Shown piece by piece: positions 40,648-51,098 of a stretch of 64,000 nt of DNA. The stretch lies in the NCBI GenBank assembly GCA_000092065.1, contig CP000586.1. One strand, 5' to 3'. Position 1 is the stretch's first letter. Each line of letters begins with the position of its first letter. The position numbers were made by a program, and so were the translations under genes. The notes beneath the pieces were generated by a model. That model searched no databases. It had not been told where the DNA came from and worked only from the letters and a program-made list of their open reading frames with translations. Source of the stretch: Ostreococcus lucimarinus (taxonomy: Eukaryota).

Positions 40648-42960
40648 CTACGGGTTCATCGGCGGCGGCTTCGGTAACGAGGACGCGTCGCTGTCGGCGA
40701 AGTACTCTTGCAAAATCGAATTCCTCGACGGTTGCTTCAACTTTCGAAGAGCCTTGGCTTCGATTTGTCGAATGCGCTCGCGAGTGACGGAGAACACCGT
40801 CCCGATCTCTTCAAGGGTCTTCACGCGACCGTCATCTAATCCGTACCGAAGTCGCAACACGTCCCGCTCGCGCGGATTGAGCGTGTTCAGTACGTTTTCC
40901 AAATCCTCCTTCAACAGGGACTTGCCGCTCACCTTCTCTGGGCCCTCCGCGGTGACGTCCACGAGGGTGTCTTCGACGGTGCGTCCTTTGTTATCTCCAC
41001 CCATGGTCTGAGCCAGCGACACGGGCGCTTGCGCAGCCTTTTTAATCTGAGTAATCTTCTCCGCCGACATATCCATCTCTGCGGCGATTTCCTCCGTCGT
41101 CGGGTTGCGACCGTTATGCAACGCAAACTTTTGCTCCATCTTCGAGATGCGGGAGATGATTTCAAACAAGTGCACGGGCAAGCGAATCGTGCGACTTTGG
41201 TCGCTAATCGAACGCGTCACCGCCTGGCGAATCCACCAGTGCGCGTACGTACTAAACTTGTACCCGCGTTGGAAATCAAACTTCTCCGCCCCGCGAATCA
41301 AACCGACGCACCCTTCTTGGATTAAATCCTGGAAGCTCATGTTACTGTTGGCGTACTTCTTCGCGATGGAGACCACTAAGCGCAAGTTGGCTTGAATCAT
41401 CTCGTTCTTCGCCGACTTACCGTCGCGCAAACGCTGATGGAGCGCCTGCACGTTTAAACCCGCCGCCGACGCCCACTGGTAGTCGGTGACTTCGGCGCCA
41501 GGACCCGTCTCCTCGACGAGGTTTTCGCGAATGCTCTCCAAATGCATCAAATCTTGAATGCGCTTGGCGAGTTCGACCTCTTGACCGGCGTTTAAGAGCG
41601 TGACGGAACCGATATCCTTGAGATACGATCGCATGGAATCCGTCGCCAGGCGCTTGCTCGTGCGCGTCAACTGCTTGGACATCTTTCTCGGCTCGAGGTT
41701 GACGCCGCGCACGCGATCCTTGGATTGCGTTTGCACCATCACCGAAACCGAGGCCTTTTTCGGACGACTTCGCACGCCACGCGCGACGGCGCGCGCGCGC
41801 GCGCTTCGCGCCGCCAACCCTTCGGTGACGACGCCGTTCTCCGTCTCGTCCAGCGCGCTCTCATCTTCGCTCTGTGACACGCGTCTGATCGTCGTCATAG
41901 AAGATTTCTTCGTCCTCGCCGACGTCTTCTTCGTCGAGGACGCTTTCTTCGTCGTCATCGTGAGCTTTTCGCGCTCGGGAATATCCGCGCTCGCGTTCGC
42001 CGCGTCGTCGTCGATGAGCGAGCTCTCCAACCACGCCAACTCCTCCGCGCTCGCTCCTGAATCCCCCAACTTTTCCACCTCGGAATACAACGACCGCACC
42101 TGCGCCGCGAGCGCGTCCATATCCACCCCATCGAGCGAATCCATCGCGTTCGTCTCGTTGGACACGTCGTCCTCGCCGTCCATGCTCGTCTCTCGCGACT
42201 GCAAAATCGCCCGCGCTCGAACCGTCGACCGCTTCCGCCGCCCCACCGCGGCGCCGTACCCATCGTCGTACATCGTTTCATCGCACGACGACGACCCCTC
42301 GTCCCGTCCGCCGACGTCGTCTCGATGTCCTCGAAACGCGCGCGCGCGCGTCGCGGATAACCCACCCCCCCCAAACTGTTTGCCCATACGGGCGCGCGCG
42401 ATCGGCGCCGACGTCGATCGCCCGACGCGCGTGCGTTCGAACGCCGCGTGCGTTCGCATCGCCGCCGCGCCCGCGCGCCCGCCACCCCCGATCGTTCGCG
42501 CGTTATTCTTCCCACTCAGCGACGTCGCGCGCGCGCCCGAGCTCGTTCGCGCGCACGCGCACGTCGCGCGCATCGCCGCGATTCGCGAACGATTCCAGCG
42601 CGTCCCGAATGCGAATCGAACGCGCGCGTCGCGTATCGCCCGTCTCCCGACCGACGCGCTTCGACGGTTCGCCCGACGCCGCGACGCGTTCGACGCGGCG
42701 TCGCGCCTCGTCCGCGTTCGCCGATTCGCCCCGTTCGCGCGCGCGTCGCGTTCGCGCGCGTCGCCGTGTGCGCGCCGCGCGCGCGCGCGGACCCTAGCGG
42801 CCGACGACGGCGCTAACGACCGTCGATCCCGACGCGCGCCGTCCGGCGCTTTCGCGCGTCCGAATGCGCGTCCGATCGCGATGACGCGCGAGATAAATCG
42901 GATCACGATCCGTATGTCCGAATGACACATCGATGGGTCACGACTCGTCGCGACGTCCAC
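40648..42960 (-). CDS. Plastid RNA polymerase sigma-70 family factor (nuclear-encoded SIG) with a long N-terminal extension
   Basis: Regions 2-4 are clear in the C-terminal ~330 aa: …[57 protein letters not shown]… and …[26 protein letters not shown]…. The ~400-aa N-terminal region is R/A/S-rich, so the real start is uncertain. Confidence 0.9.
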   Translation of the reverse strand: MDVATSRDPSMCHSDIRIVIRFISRVIAIGRAFGRAKAPDGARRDRRSLAPSSAARVRARARRAHGDARERDARANGANRRTRTRRDAASNASRRRANRRSASVGRRAIRDARVRFAFGTRWNRSRIAAMRATCACARTSSGARATSLSGKNNARTIGGGGRAGAAAMRTHAAFERTRVGRSTSAPIARARMGKQFGGGGLSATRARAFRGHRDDVGGRDEGSSSCDETMYDDGYGAAVGRRKRSTVRARAILQSRETSMDGEDDVSNETNAMDSLDGVDMDALAAQVRSLYSEVEKLGDSGASAEELAWLESSLIDDDAANASADIPEREKLTMTTKKASSTKKTSARTKKSSMTTIRRVSQSEDESALDETENGVVTEGLAARSARARAVARGVRSRPKKASVSVMVQTQSKDRVRGVNLEPRKMSKQLTRTSKRLATDSMRSYLKDIGSVTLLNAGQEVELAKRIQDLMHLESIRENLVEETGPGAEVTDYQWASAAGLNVQALHQRLRDGKSAKNEMIQANLRLVVSIAKKYANSNMSFQDLIQEGCVGLIRGAEKFDFQRGYKFSTYAHWWIRQAVTRSISDQSRTIRLPVHLFEIISRISKMEQKFALHNGRNPTTEEIAAEMDMSAEKITQIKKAAQAPVSLAQTMGGDNKGRTVEDTLVDVTAEGPEKVSGKSLLKEDLENVLNTLNPRERDVLRLRYGLDDGRVKTLEEIGTVFSVTRERIRQIEAKALRKLKQPSRNSILQEYFADSDASSLPKPPPMNP

Positions 42961-43496
42961 ATCTCGGCGATCGACATCTCGCGCCGTTCCCGACCGCGAA
43001 AAAGGCGAAAAAGTCGACGGGAGTTCGCGACGACGACGAGGCGCGACGACGACGCGCGCGACGACGCGCGCGCGCGGCGATCGAGGCGGCGAACGCGCCG
43101 CGTCGCGGCGACCGCGCGGCGTCGCGATCGCGCGCGACGGGGACCGCGAGGGAGACGCGCGACGGGACGCGCGCGCGGAGGGTCGAGGTTGTTGGCGGCG
43201 ACGCCGCGACGCGACGACGCGACGCGCGCGCGGGGAAGGGGTCGGACGCGAGGCGCGGGACGTCGATGTTCAGCGCGTTCGTGAGACGGCGGAGCAAGCG
43301 GGCGCGCGCGCGCGAGGACGCGCGCGATGGACGCGAGGGCGCGCGAGGGGACGGGGAGGGACGCGCGCGGGGACGCGCGGGCGCGCGGGGACGCGCGAGC
43401 GAGAGGACGGAACGACGAGGACGGGCGTGGACGATGGAACGGCGACGCGCGGTTTCGGGCGGTGAGGACGATTCGGGCGCGGATGGGAGGGTCGGG

Positions 43497-45056
43497 ATGC
43501 ACGAGTTGCCGAGGGACGTGGTGGTGGAAATCGTGGCGAGGTTGGAGAACGAGCGCGACTTGGCGGCGTGCGCGCGGTCGTGCGCGGCGTTTCGAAGCGC
43601 GGCGCGGAGCGAGAGCGTGTGGCGGAAGTTATTGGCGAATAAGCTCGGAGCGGAGGCGAGCGTGGTGCTGCCGAAACGATTGATCGGTGAGATTGTCGAC
43701 GATGACGATTCGTCGGGGCGCGGAGGCGACGCCTCGGCGAAGGGCTACGACGGCAAGACGTCGCGAAGAAGCGTGTCTTCATCGTCGTCGTCGTCGACGA
43801 CGACCGCGGTGAGAGCATCGCCTGCTTGGATGCAGAAGTATAAGAGCTGGCATAGACCCGAATCCGGCGCCCTGCGATGGAGCGCGTCGACGACGGAGTC
43901 GAGCCTGGAACCGGCGGAGACCAAGTACGCGGCAAGGTATTTGCACAGGTGTACTGCCGTGGGCGATCGCTCGAAAATCTTATTCTTTGGCGGCCAAGGG
44001 GGCGGAAGTGACTTCTACAACGATTTACACTTGCTCGATCTCGACGAACCGGAGTTGCGGTTGAAACAACTGCACGTAGGCTCGTCGAACGAGCCTCCTT
44101 TTCCGCGCTGTTCGGGGACGTTGACCGCGATGGCTGTGAACGGCGTGGAAAACTCAGAGGTTGTCGCTCTGTTTGGCGGATCTCAAGGATTTTTTGAAGG
44201 TTTCTCCAATTCTTTGCGCATCTTGTGCGCTGAAGGCGAAGACGGACTACGCGTGAGCGATGCCGCCGCCAACGGCGGGAGCTTGATTTGGCGCGAGCCG
44301 CTCGTTCGCGCAAACCCGACGAATCCCGAGAATGCAGTGCCAGCCGCAAGGTGGGGGCACTCTGCCGTTTCATTAGACGGTAAGCTCATTCTTTTTGGTG
44401 GTTCGAACACGACGCACTGTTTCAACGATACGTGGTTGTTGGAACTCGTTGTCGAGGACGGCAGACTCGTCGCGACGTGGACGTTGTTGCTAGACGGTGT
44501 CCGTTCTCCGGCTCCACCTCCGCGCGCGGGTCAAACCGCGTGTCTCGTCGGTTCTTCGCTGTATATTTTTGGTGGTTGTCACATATCCGAGGTTTTCAAC
44601 GACGTGTGGAAGCTCGATGTGCGCCCAGCAGACGGACGCCTGCGATGGGAGCGGTTCATCGCCGCCGGAGTGCCGCCGGCACCGAGGGTTGGACACGCCG
44701 CGGTCGTCCTGGGCGACCGTATTATTCTTTGCGGTGGAAGAGGTTCGGCGCGAGAGGGTACTATTGGGAAGTATGCCACGGATAACGAAGGCTTGGCGTC
44801 GATGCAAGGCTTGACGTTTTTCCAAAGCGGTTTCGCCATGCTCGACACCACGGCTCGCAAATGGCTTCCGATTCAACACCCAGCGATGGAAAATTCGAAC
44901 GGCAATATGCTGAGCTGTGAACGTATCACGCACGTTCGTGAACATCGCACTGGCCACGTGATGATGCCAGCCCGAAATGGCTGCTTATTGCTCATCGGTG
45001 GACTCGGATATGACGGCGTCTTTCAAAACGACCTCTCGCTCGTCTCTCTATTCTGA
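43497..45056 (+). CDS. F-box / kelch-repeat protein
   Basis: F-box: LPRDVVVEIVARLENERDLAACARSCAAFRSA. Several kelch-type blades follow (…ILFFGGQGGG…, …WGHSAVSLDGKLILFGGSN…, …VGHAAVVLGDRIILCGG…). An alternative ATG lies at 43434. The tracked ORF start at 42933 overlaps the sigma-factor ORF and is junk. Confidence 0.8.
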   Translation: MHELPRDVVVEIVARLENERDLAACARSCAAFRSAARSESVWRKLLANKLGAEASVVLPKRLIGEIVDDDDSSGRGGDASAKGYDGKTSRRSVSSSSSSSTTTAVRASPAWMQKYKSWHRPESGALRWSASTTESSLEPAETKYAARYLHRCTAVGDRSKILFFGGQGGGSDFYNDLHLLDLDEPELRLKQLHVGSSNEPPFPRCSGTLTAMAVNGVENSEVVALFGGSQGFFEGFSNSLRILCAEGEDGLRVSDAAANGGSLIWREPLVRANPTNPENAVPAARWGHSAVSLDGKLILFGGSNTTHCFNDTWLLELVVEDGRLVATWTLLLDGVRSPAPPPRAGQTACLVGSSLYIFGGCHISEVFNDVWKLDVRPADGRLRWERFIAAGVPPAPRVGHAAVVLGDRIILCGGRGSAREGTIGKYATDNEGLASMQGLTFFQSGFAMLDTTARKWLPIQHPAMENSNGNMLSCERITHVREHRTGHVMMPARNGCLLLIGGLGYDGVFQNDLSLVSLF

Positions 45057-45194
45057 CGAGACCCACGCGCTCATTATATATGTGCTCGCGATTCAGCGTG
45101 AACACATTTGATGTATTTTTGTTGAACAATAACATTCTACTACAAGTACAAGCTTAGCCATTTGAAATATTCTATGAGTACTGTAAATCAAATA

Positions 45195-46820
45195 TCAGAA
45201 TCCCACTGGCTTTGGCAATCCGCGAGAGACCATGGCGATGGCTTTGTATCTAGACCCCATTCCCGGCGCGACGCCCGATTCCGGATCTCCAGCGCCGTCA
45301 CCCACGAGACGTTCGCATCCTTGCACCAATTCATCCGCTTGTGCCTCGCTCGACGCGTTTTCCACGAGCTTTTCAAGGCGAGGCACCAGGCCTAAACTCA
45401 ACAGCAACTGCTGTTGCGTCACCGGGCCGTAACACTTGACTCCGGACTGCGGTTTTTCCTCGACGATTTGACGCAAAGCTCCGAAGTCAACGTACGCCGA
45501 GAGATCGGCTTCTCCGGGGCTGTCGAGCACGTGCACAAACTTGTGGTCTTTAATCGCTTCGAGCGTGTTCCCGAGCGGCCCCTCTTCGCCGTAATCGATC
45601 GCGAGCACGGCGCCGGAATTCTTCTCGATGCGATCCACCAAGGCGTCCCAGAGCGTCATGCTCGGTGGGCTAAGCTCGATCAGTCGCAAACTATCTGCTT
45701 TTTCTTTCGGTATTCCCTTGAGACGGCGAGACACGAGCATGTGACTCGCCGGTGTCGGCCCAGGAGAGAGAACCATCTCTAAATCGCGTCTCGAGGCGCC
45801 GCTCGATTCCCCGCTAACGTCTTCGCCATCCTCCGCGACTAAACCGCTATCTATCGTGATGAGCTTCTCGCACCATCCTCTTTCGGTGCGTTGGAACTGT
45901 CGCACCGGTAATGCGTCGAAGAACTCGTGACAAATCACCAAAGTCGGCCCTCTCGGCACGCTCTCCAAACCGTCGTGCCAAAACACTTCTGCGTCGTTGA
46001 TTTCAGACTTCCCGCGCGTGTGCGCCTCACCCACCGGAGCGTCGCCCGACGATCCACCAGCGTCACCGGTAGCGTCGGTTTCGTCCTCTAACACGTTCTT
46101 AGGGACGACAAATCTCGCGTTCCCCTCCGCCGCCGTCGTTTCTAACTCCCCGCACCGCAACGTCTTCGCCTGCGTCTTTCGAAGCGCCGGCGACACCTCG
46201 ATCAAGTGCACGCTCACCGCATCGCGAAATTTCGCAAATTTCCTCGTCCCTCGCAGTAAATCCGCCATCAACGTCCCCCTCCCCGGCCCGAACTCCACGA
46301 TTCGAAGCGTATCCGGCGAACCCAGCGCCTCGTATTGCAGCGCCGCCCACACGCCAATCAACTCCCCGAACACCTGCGAAATCTCCGGGCTCGTCACGAA
46401 ATCCCCCTTCTTGCCGAACACGTCCGCGTCGCGCATGTAATACCCATACTCTGGATGCGTCAAGCACTCTCGCACGTACTCACTCACGGGAATCGACCCT
46501 CCCGCGAACTTCATCGCGCGCTCCAGGTGTCCCAACAACCCGCCGCGCGTCCCCTCCTCCCGCGCGTCGCCCGCGCGCGCCCGTCCCTCGAGCGCGCGTC
46601 GCAGGCCCGATCGATCGATCGCGATCTCTCCCCGCCGCCCGTCGTCCTCGCGCGACGGCGTCGTCGCGAGCGCGCGCGCGCGCGCGCGTCCGCCGTCCCC
46701 GTCGTCCCGCGTTCGCGTTCGCGTCGTCGTCGTCGCGCGCGCGCGCGCGTCGATCGCGACGCCGCGCGCGCGTCGTTCGCCGTCGATCGCGCGCGCCGCG
46801 CGCGCGAGCGCGCGCCGCAT
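45195..46820 (-). CDS. NDUFAF7: NDUFAF7 / MidA-family (DUF185) SAM-dependent methyltransferase, mitochondrial complex I assembly factor
   Basis: …FVTSPEISQVFGELIGVWAALQYEALGSPDTLRIVEFGPGRGTLMADLL…VHLIEVSPALR… is typical of MidA/NDUFAF7. The N-terminus is an R-rich presequence. Confidence 0.85.
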   Translation of the reverse strand: MRRALARAARAIDGERRARGVAIDARARATTTTRTRTRDDGDGGRARARALATTPSREDDGRRGEIAIDRSGLRRALEGRARAGDAREEGTRGGLLGHLERAMKFAGGSIPVSEYVRECLTHPEYGYYMRDADVFGKKGDFVTSPEISQVFGELIGVWAALQYEALGSPDTLRIVEFGPGRGTLMADLLRGTRKFAKFRDAVSVHLIEVSPALRKTQAKTLRCGELETTAAEGNARFVVPKNVLEDETDATGDAGGSSGDAPVGEAHTRGKSEINDAEVFWHDGLESVPRGPTLVICHEFFDALPVRQFQRTERGWCEKLITIDSGLVAEDGEDVSGESSGASRRDLEMVLSPGPTPASHMLVSRRLKGIPKEKADSLRLIELSPPSMTLWDALVDRIEKNSGAVLAIDYGEEGPLGNTLEAIKDHKFVHVLDSPGEADLSAYVDFGALRQIVEEKPQSGVKCYGPVTQQQLLLSLGLVPRLEKLVENASSEAQADELVQGCERLVGDGAGDPESGVAPGMGSRYKAIAMVSRGLPKPVGF

Positions 46821-47203
46821 CGCGCCGCGCTCTGCGCGCGCCGTCGCCGCGCGCGCGTGGACGCGCGGCGACGATGGTTGCCCCGAAGACGCACCAAGTA
46901 CGCATTCAATCGTACATCATACCTAATCCGTTTGTCTGTGACATACTAATTGATGTCACTGTAAACGCATACACGATAAACCCGCGTGTGCCGCGGATAA
47001 CAAAGCCCCCCCGCGCGCCGCCTCGCGCCGCACACGCCCGCGCGACGCGCGACGCGCGACGCATCGCGAACGAGCGCGCGACGCGACGGTCGATCGACGA
47101 AACGCGTCTCGACGCGCGCCGACGACTCGCGACGGGCCCGGACGCGCGAGCCGAGCGCGAGGGCGCGGTGAAGACACGAACGGGGGATTGACCGCGCGGC
47201 GGC

Positions 47204-50152
47204 ATGAGCGCGACGGCGAGCGCGCGCGGCGGCGCGGGATATGCGCGGGATGGACGCGCGAGCGCGCGAACGATGCGAGGGATGCGAGCGCGACGAACGA
47301 CGGGCGTCGGGACGCGCGGCGGTGGACGCGGGACGAGGGAAGAGGGAGGAACGGCGGCGTCGCGCGCGCGAGGGTGCCCCGCGACGACGACGCGGGCGAT
47401 ATCCGAGGACGCGGCGTTCGGCGCGAAGGAGGCGTCGAACGCGAGCGGGAAGATCGCGAAGGGCTATGGACGGTGGTCGACGATGACGCTGGGGGAGCTG
47501 ATCGATCGCGCGGGGGAGCTCGAGGCGAAAGTGGACGGGACGCGCGCGAACGAGTCGGAGTACTTTTACATTTTTCGCGAGTTGGTGCGATGTAAAAGAC
47601 TTCATGATTCGGTGGATTTATTGAAGCACATGAAGGAGCGAGGGGTGAAAGAGCTCGGGCGAAGAGTGTCGCACAGAGACTTCTTCAGCGCGTGTCGTTC
47701 GCTGCGCGTTGTGTCCGTCGGATTTGAGTTCGTGGACGTCATCGAGAGCGGAGACATTCGACCGTACAACATGTTGGTGCACGCATGCGCCACGGCGGGG
47801 GATTTACAAGCGGCGACGCTGGCGATAGAGAAGATGAAAAATGCGGGATTTGAGCCTGATTTACAAGCGTACACCACGCTTCTTGGAGCTTGCTCAAAGT
47901 GTGGGGACGTCGAACGCGCGTTCGAGGTGTACGCCGAACTCAAGAGGGCGGGGTTTGAGCCAAACGAGAAGACGTACGGATCGATGATCGACGCCATCTC
48001 GCGAGACCTTGCGACGTCTCTTAAGGGTTCGAGGAAGAGACGAGTAGACTCCGAACACGTTCGTTCGACTTTACAAAGCTGTTTCATGATTTTTGAGGAG
48101 ATTAAAACCACGAATATGAAGCTGGATAAGATAGTGATGAATAGCTTGCTCACCGTGTGCGCTCGCGCGGCGGTGGTTCCGAGTGTGCGCAAAGAAGCTT
48201 GCGAGAAAGTGGCGATGGTACACGACGAAATGATTGAGCGTGGCTTTGAGCTCGACTCTTACGCGTACCAGGCTCTCATCTGCTGCGCCTTGGCTGAGAA
48301 GAATTACACGAGGGCTTTTGAGTACTTTGACGAGATGCACGACGCCGGTATCAATGGTACCACCGAAGTATACACAGTGATGATCAGAGCGTACGGGAAG
48401 CTTGGTAAAGCTGATAAAGCTAAGCTGATCTGGTACGCCATGTTGGAGGATAACATCATTCCGGATCAAATGAGTTACGCGACGATGATGCGACTCGCCC
48501 TGTTGGACGAGGACGACGATTTCTGCGACGAGCTGATGACGTCCATGAGACGCAATCGCGTCCGCCCAGGGCCTGAGTTGTACTCTACGCTCACTGGTGT
48601 GGCCGCGCGACAAGGCGATGCTTCACAGGTGGAAGAGATCATGCAAAACGCGAAGAAGCGAGGCGTGGTGGCTCCCATCGAATGCTACAACTCGCTCATC
48701 GCCGCGCACGCTCGCGCCGACCGGCCAGATCTCGCCGTCGAGGCTGCGGGCAAGCTCGAAGCGGCTGGGTACGAGCTTGACGCTATTTCATACGAAGGAC
48801 TTATTTTCGCGTACGCTTTCGCGAGAGATGTCGAAGAAGCAAGTAACATGTTTGAGCGTCTCCTCGAGTCTGGTATTCGCCCGACATTCCCGACATTCAA
48901 CTGTCTCGTGGCCGCTCACGCTCGAAGTGGTGATATGGACGAGGCATGCCGCTTGGTAAGTGTTATGAAACAGCATGGATACGTGGAGGATTCGATCACG
49001 TGGCGCGAGCTTCTTTTGGGCAGCGTTCAGTCGGGTGACATTGAAGCCGCATGGAAGATGTACAAAGAGTCCCGCGCGTCTGGAAATGCCGATTCCGAGC
49101 GTGCACTCAACACGATTCTCGGTCAAACTTTAGTGCATATTAGAAGTCTCACGGATATGAAGAACCGATCGAACGGGAAACCGAACGAGTTCGGCTCATT
49201 TGACGACGAAGGGGATTACATTGCCCAGGAATGGACGGAACGTGCGGTCGCGGCTTTCCACGAAGCCACGCTCGCTGGAATCAAACCTCGGGTTGAAACG
49301 TTGTCCACAATGCTCGCTTGCTTACGTCCACCTTCGACGGACGAGCAAAATGCAGCTGAGTACAGCGAAGTTGCCCGAGCCGTGAGTCACGAGACGAGCT
49401 CCCATGAAGACGCCGCCAGGTACTACCCTTCGCAAGCCCTCATCATGTACGAAGAAGCTCAAGGCTTGGGTATTGTACCGAAGTTTAGTCGTGATGATGA
49501 AGACTTTGTCTACGATATCCGAGAGTTCCCACCAGCGGCTGCCGAGGTCATGTTGTTGACGTGGTTGCGTGTCGTTCGCCGGCGCACAGACGCGCATGGA
49601 TTAGACGCTACGATACCGACTATGACTATTCGTGTGAGAGCTGACGAAGAAGTCGTTCGAATGATCAAGGAGCAACACATGGATCGAATTGATCACTCGC
49701 TGGGTCGCTTGTGCAAGACTGGAGAACGGTTGCTGACATTATTGCGCCGCCTCCGTATCAATTACGGTGGTGGCTTGCAGGAGGGCACTATCGAATTGAG
49801 TGGCCACGCGCTCGGTCGATGGCTTCAAGGTTTTGTTCCGGGCGACTTCGGCAATCACACCGGTTCCGTGTTCAGTGAGCATTCACTTTCGGGCGGGGTG
49901 AGAGACCAAGCGATGCGCATCCGCGCCAATTCTTTCGGCAGTAAAGACGACGACGTGTGGACTCCGTCAAAGATGCGTCAAGCCGCATTCAATATCCACG
50001 ATTATTATGGCAATGATGATGACGACCCGTCAGATTTTGGTGCCAGGCCATTCTATCCCAAGAACTGGGTATCACAGAGTTACGTGTCGAGCTATGATGA
50101 GGACGATGACGACGCCACAGATCTCGAGCGCATCTTAGGAAGTCGCAAGTAA
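47204..50152 (+). CDS. Pentatricopeptide-repeat (PPR) protein, organellar RNA-binding
   Basis: Tandem 35-aa PPR units, e.g. YNMLVHACATAGDLQAATLAIEKMKNAGFEPDLQAYTTLLGACSKCGDVERAFEVYAELKRAGFEPNEKTYGSMI…. The N-terminal ~80 aa are R/G-rich (presequence or non-coding). The long C-terminal domain is not clearly Smr. Confidence 0.8.
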   Translation: MSATASARGGAGYARDGRASARTMRGMRARRTTGVGTRGGGRGTREEGGTAASRARGCPATTTRAISEDAAFGAKEASNASGKIAKGYGRWSTMTLGELIDRAGELEAKVDGTRANESEYFYIFRELVRCKRLHDSVDLLKHMKERGVKELGRRVSHRDFFSACRSLRVVSVGFEFVDVIESGDIRPYNMLVHACATAGDLQAATLAIEKMKNAGFEPDLQAYTTLLGACSKCGDVERAFEVYAELKRAGFEPNEKTYGSMIDAISRDLATSLKGSRKRRVDSEHVRSTLQSCFMIFEEIKTTNMKLDKIVMNSLLTVCARAAVVPSVRKEACEKVAMVHDEMIERGFELDSYAYQALICCALAEKNYTRAFEYFDEMHDAGINGTTEVYTVMIRAYGKLGKADKAKLIWYAMLEDNIIPDQMSYATMMRLALLDEDDDFCDELMTSMRRNRVRPGPELYSTLTGVAARQGDASQVEEIMQNAKKRGVVAPIECYNSLIAAHARADRPDLAVEAAGKLEAAGYELDAISYEGLIFAYAFARDVEEASNMFERLLESGIRPTFPTFNCLVAAHARSGDMDEACRLVSVMKQHGYVEDSITWRELLLGSVQSGDIEAAWKMYKESRASGNADSERALNTILGQTLVHIRSLTDMKNRSNGKPNEFGSFDDEGDYIAQEWTERAVAAFHEATLAGIKPRVETLSTMLACLRPPSTDEQNAAEYSEVARAVSHETSSHEDAARYYPSQALIMYEEAQGLGIVPKFSRDDEDFVYDIREFPPAAAEVMLLTWLRVVRRRTDAHGLDATIPTMTIRVRADEEVVRMIKEQHMDRIDHSLGRLCKTGERLLTLLRRLRINYGGGLQEGTIELSGHALGRWLQGFVPGDFGNHTGSVFSEHSLSGGVRDQAMRIRANSFGSKDDDVWTPSKMRQAAFNIHDYYGNDDDDPSDFGARPFYPKNWVSQSYVSSYDEDDDDATDLERILGSRK

Positions 50153-50243
50153 CGTACGCACGCGCGCGCAGAAGTACGTAGATTATTTTTTTAGGAATTC
50201 ATTGCAATCGCAACACAAAAACAATCCGCAATCGCAATCATTC

Positions 50244-50930
50244 TCACCACCCTAACTCAAGTCTCGCCTCGAATCCACCTTCCCGCGCGACGACTCCGCG
50301 AAAGCGCGAGGTTCTGCGCTCTGTGTTTTGCGACGCTTCCACCAACATCTCCGCAATTTCTTCGATAGAAAGTTCTTCGAGCATCTGCAAATCGTCCGTA
50401 TAGTGCGTTACCGGGAAGTTAAGTTCTTCGTCGTCCCTACATCCCAGGGAAATGCGTCCCAGATCGTAAGCTCTCGCTGCCGAGTGCGAATTGTCGAAGC
50501 TGCCAAGGAAGACGTTTTTTACTGGTCCGTCGGACACATGAGTGGACACATGAGCATCATAACGCGTATTCCACAGCGATCTACTGACACCTTTGTACGT
50601 AACCAGTGTAGATTCATCTGCACCGGTCACGCTAGATCTCTTAAGTTCCACTGGCAACGAGAAAGAGCGGCGTACTTGTCTGGATCCGGGAGCGCTTTGG
50701 CTCAAGGAACTCAGCATCAAAGAAACCAACGAACGGTGATTTTCTCCATCATTTTGTGACGCAGCAAAATGTCCCTGATCACCTTCGGCCGCGTTACGAG
50801 GCGCGAGAGCGCTGACATCTGCCGTGAAAGCGCGCCGCACGGACGTGGCGTGTTGCCTTGAGTCGTGCCCAGATTCGGCTGAATCTGCTCCTTCCTCTTT
50901 GGATAACAATCGAGATCGTCGCGATGGCAT
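50244..50930 (-). CDS. AP2/ERF-domain transcription factor (one complete AP2 domain plus a C-terminal partial second AP2-like repeat)
   Basis: YKGVSRSLWNTRYDAHV…KNVFLGSFDNSHSAARAYDLGRISL…NFP matches the AP2 consensus. The C-terminal SRFRGVVAREGGFEARLELGW-stop resembles the first ~20 residues of a second AP2 domain. My own indexing puts the stop one base earlier than the track coordinate. Confidence 0.75.
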   Translation of the reverse strand: MPSRRSRLLSKEEGADSAESGHDSRQHATSVRRAFTADVSALAPRNAAEGDQGHFAASQNDGENHRSLVSLMLSSLSQSAPGSRQVRRSFSLPVELKRSSVTGADESTLVTYKGVSRSLWNTRYDAHVSTHVSDGPVKNVFLGSFDNSHSAARAYDLGRISLGCRDDEELNFPVTHYTDDLQMLEELSIEEIAEMLVEASQNTERRTSRFRGVVAREGGFEARLELGW

Positions 50931-51098
50931 TAATCGGCACGCAGTCTCGCAATTTAAGAGTTTTGCCGAACGAGTCTCGCTTTGACGCTACCTTGGACGC
51001 GTGTTGTCTGTCACATGCAGCACGGTCGTGTGAAAATCAATTTGCTGTTAACAAAGAACCTCTAATTCTATACGGTGGTTGACGCCGGTGCTGAACGC

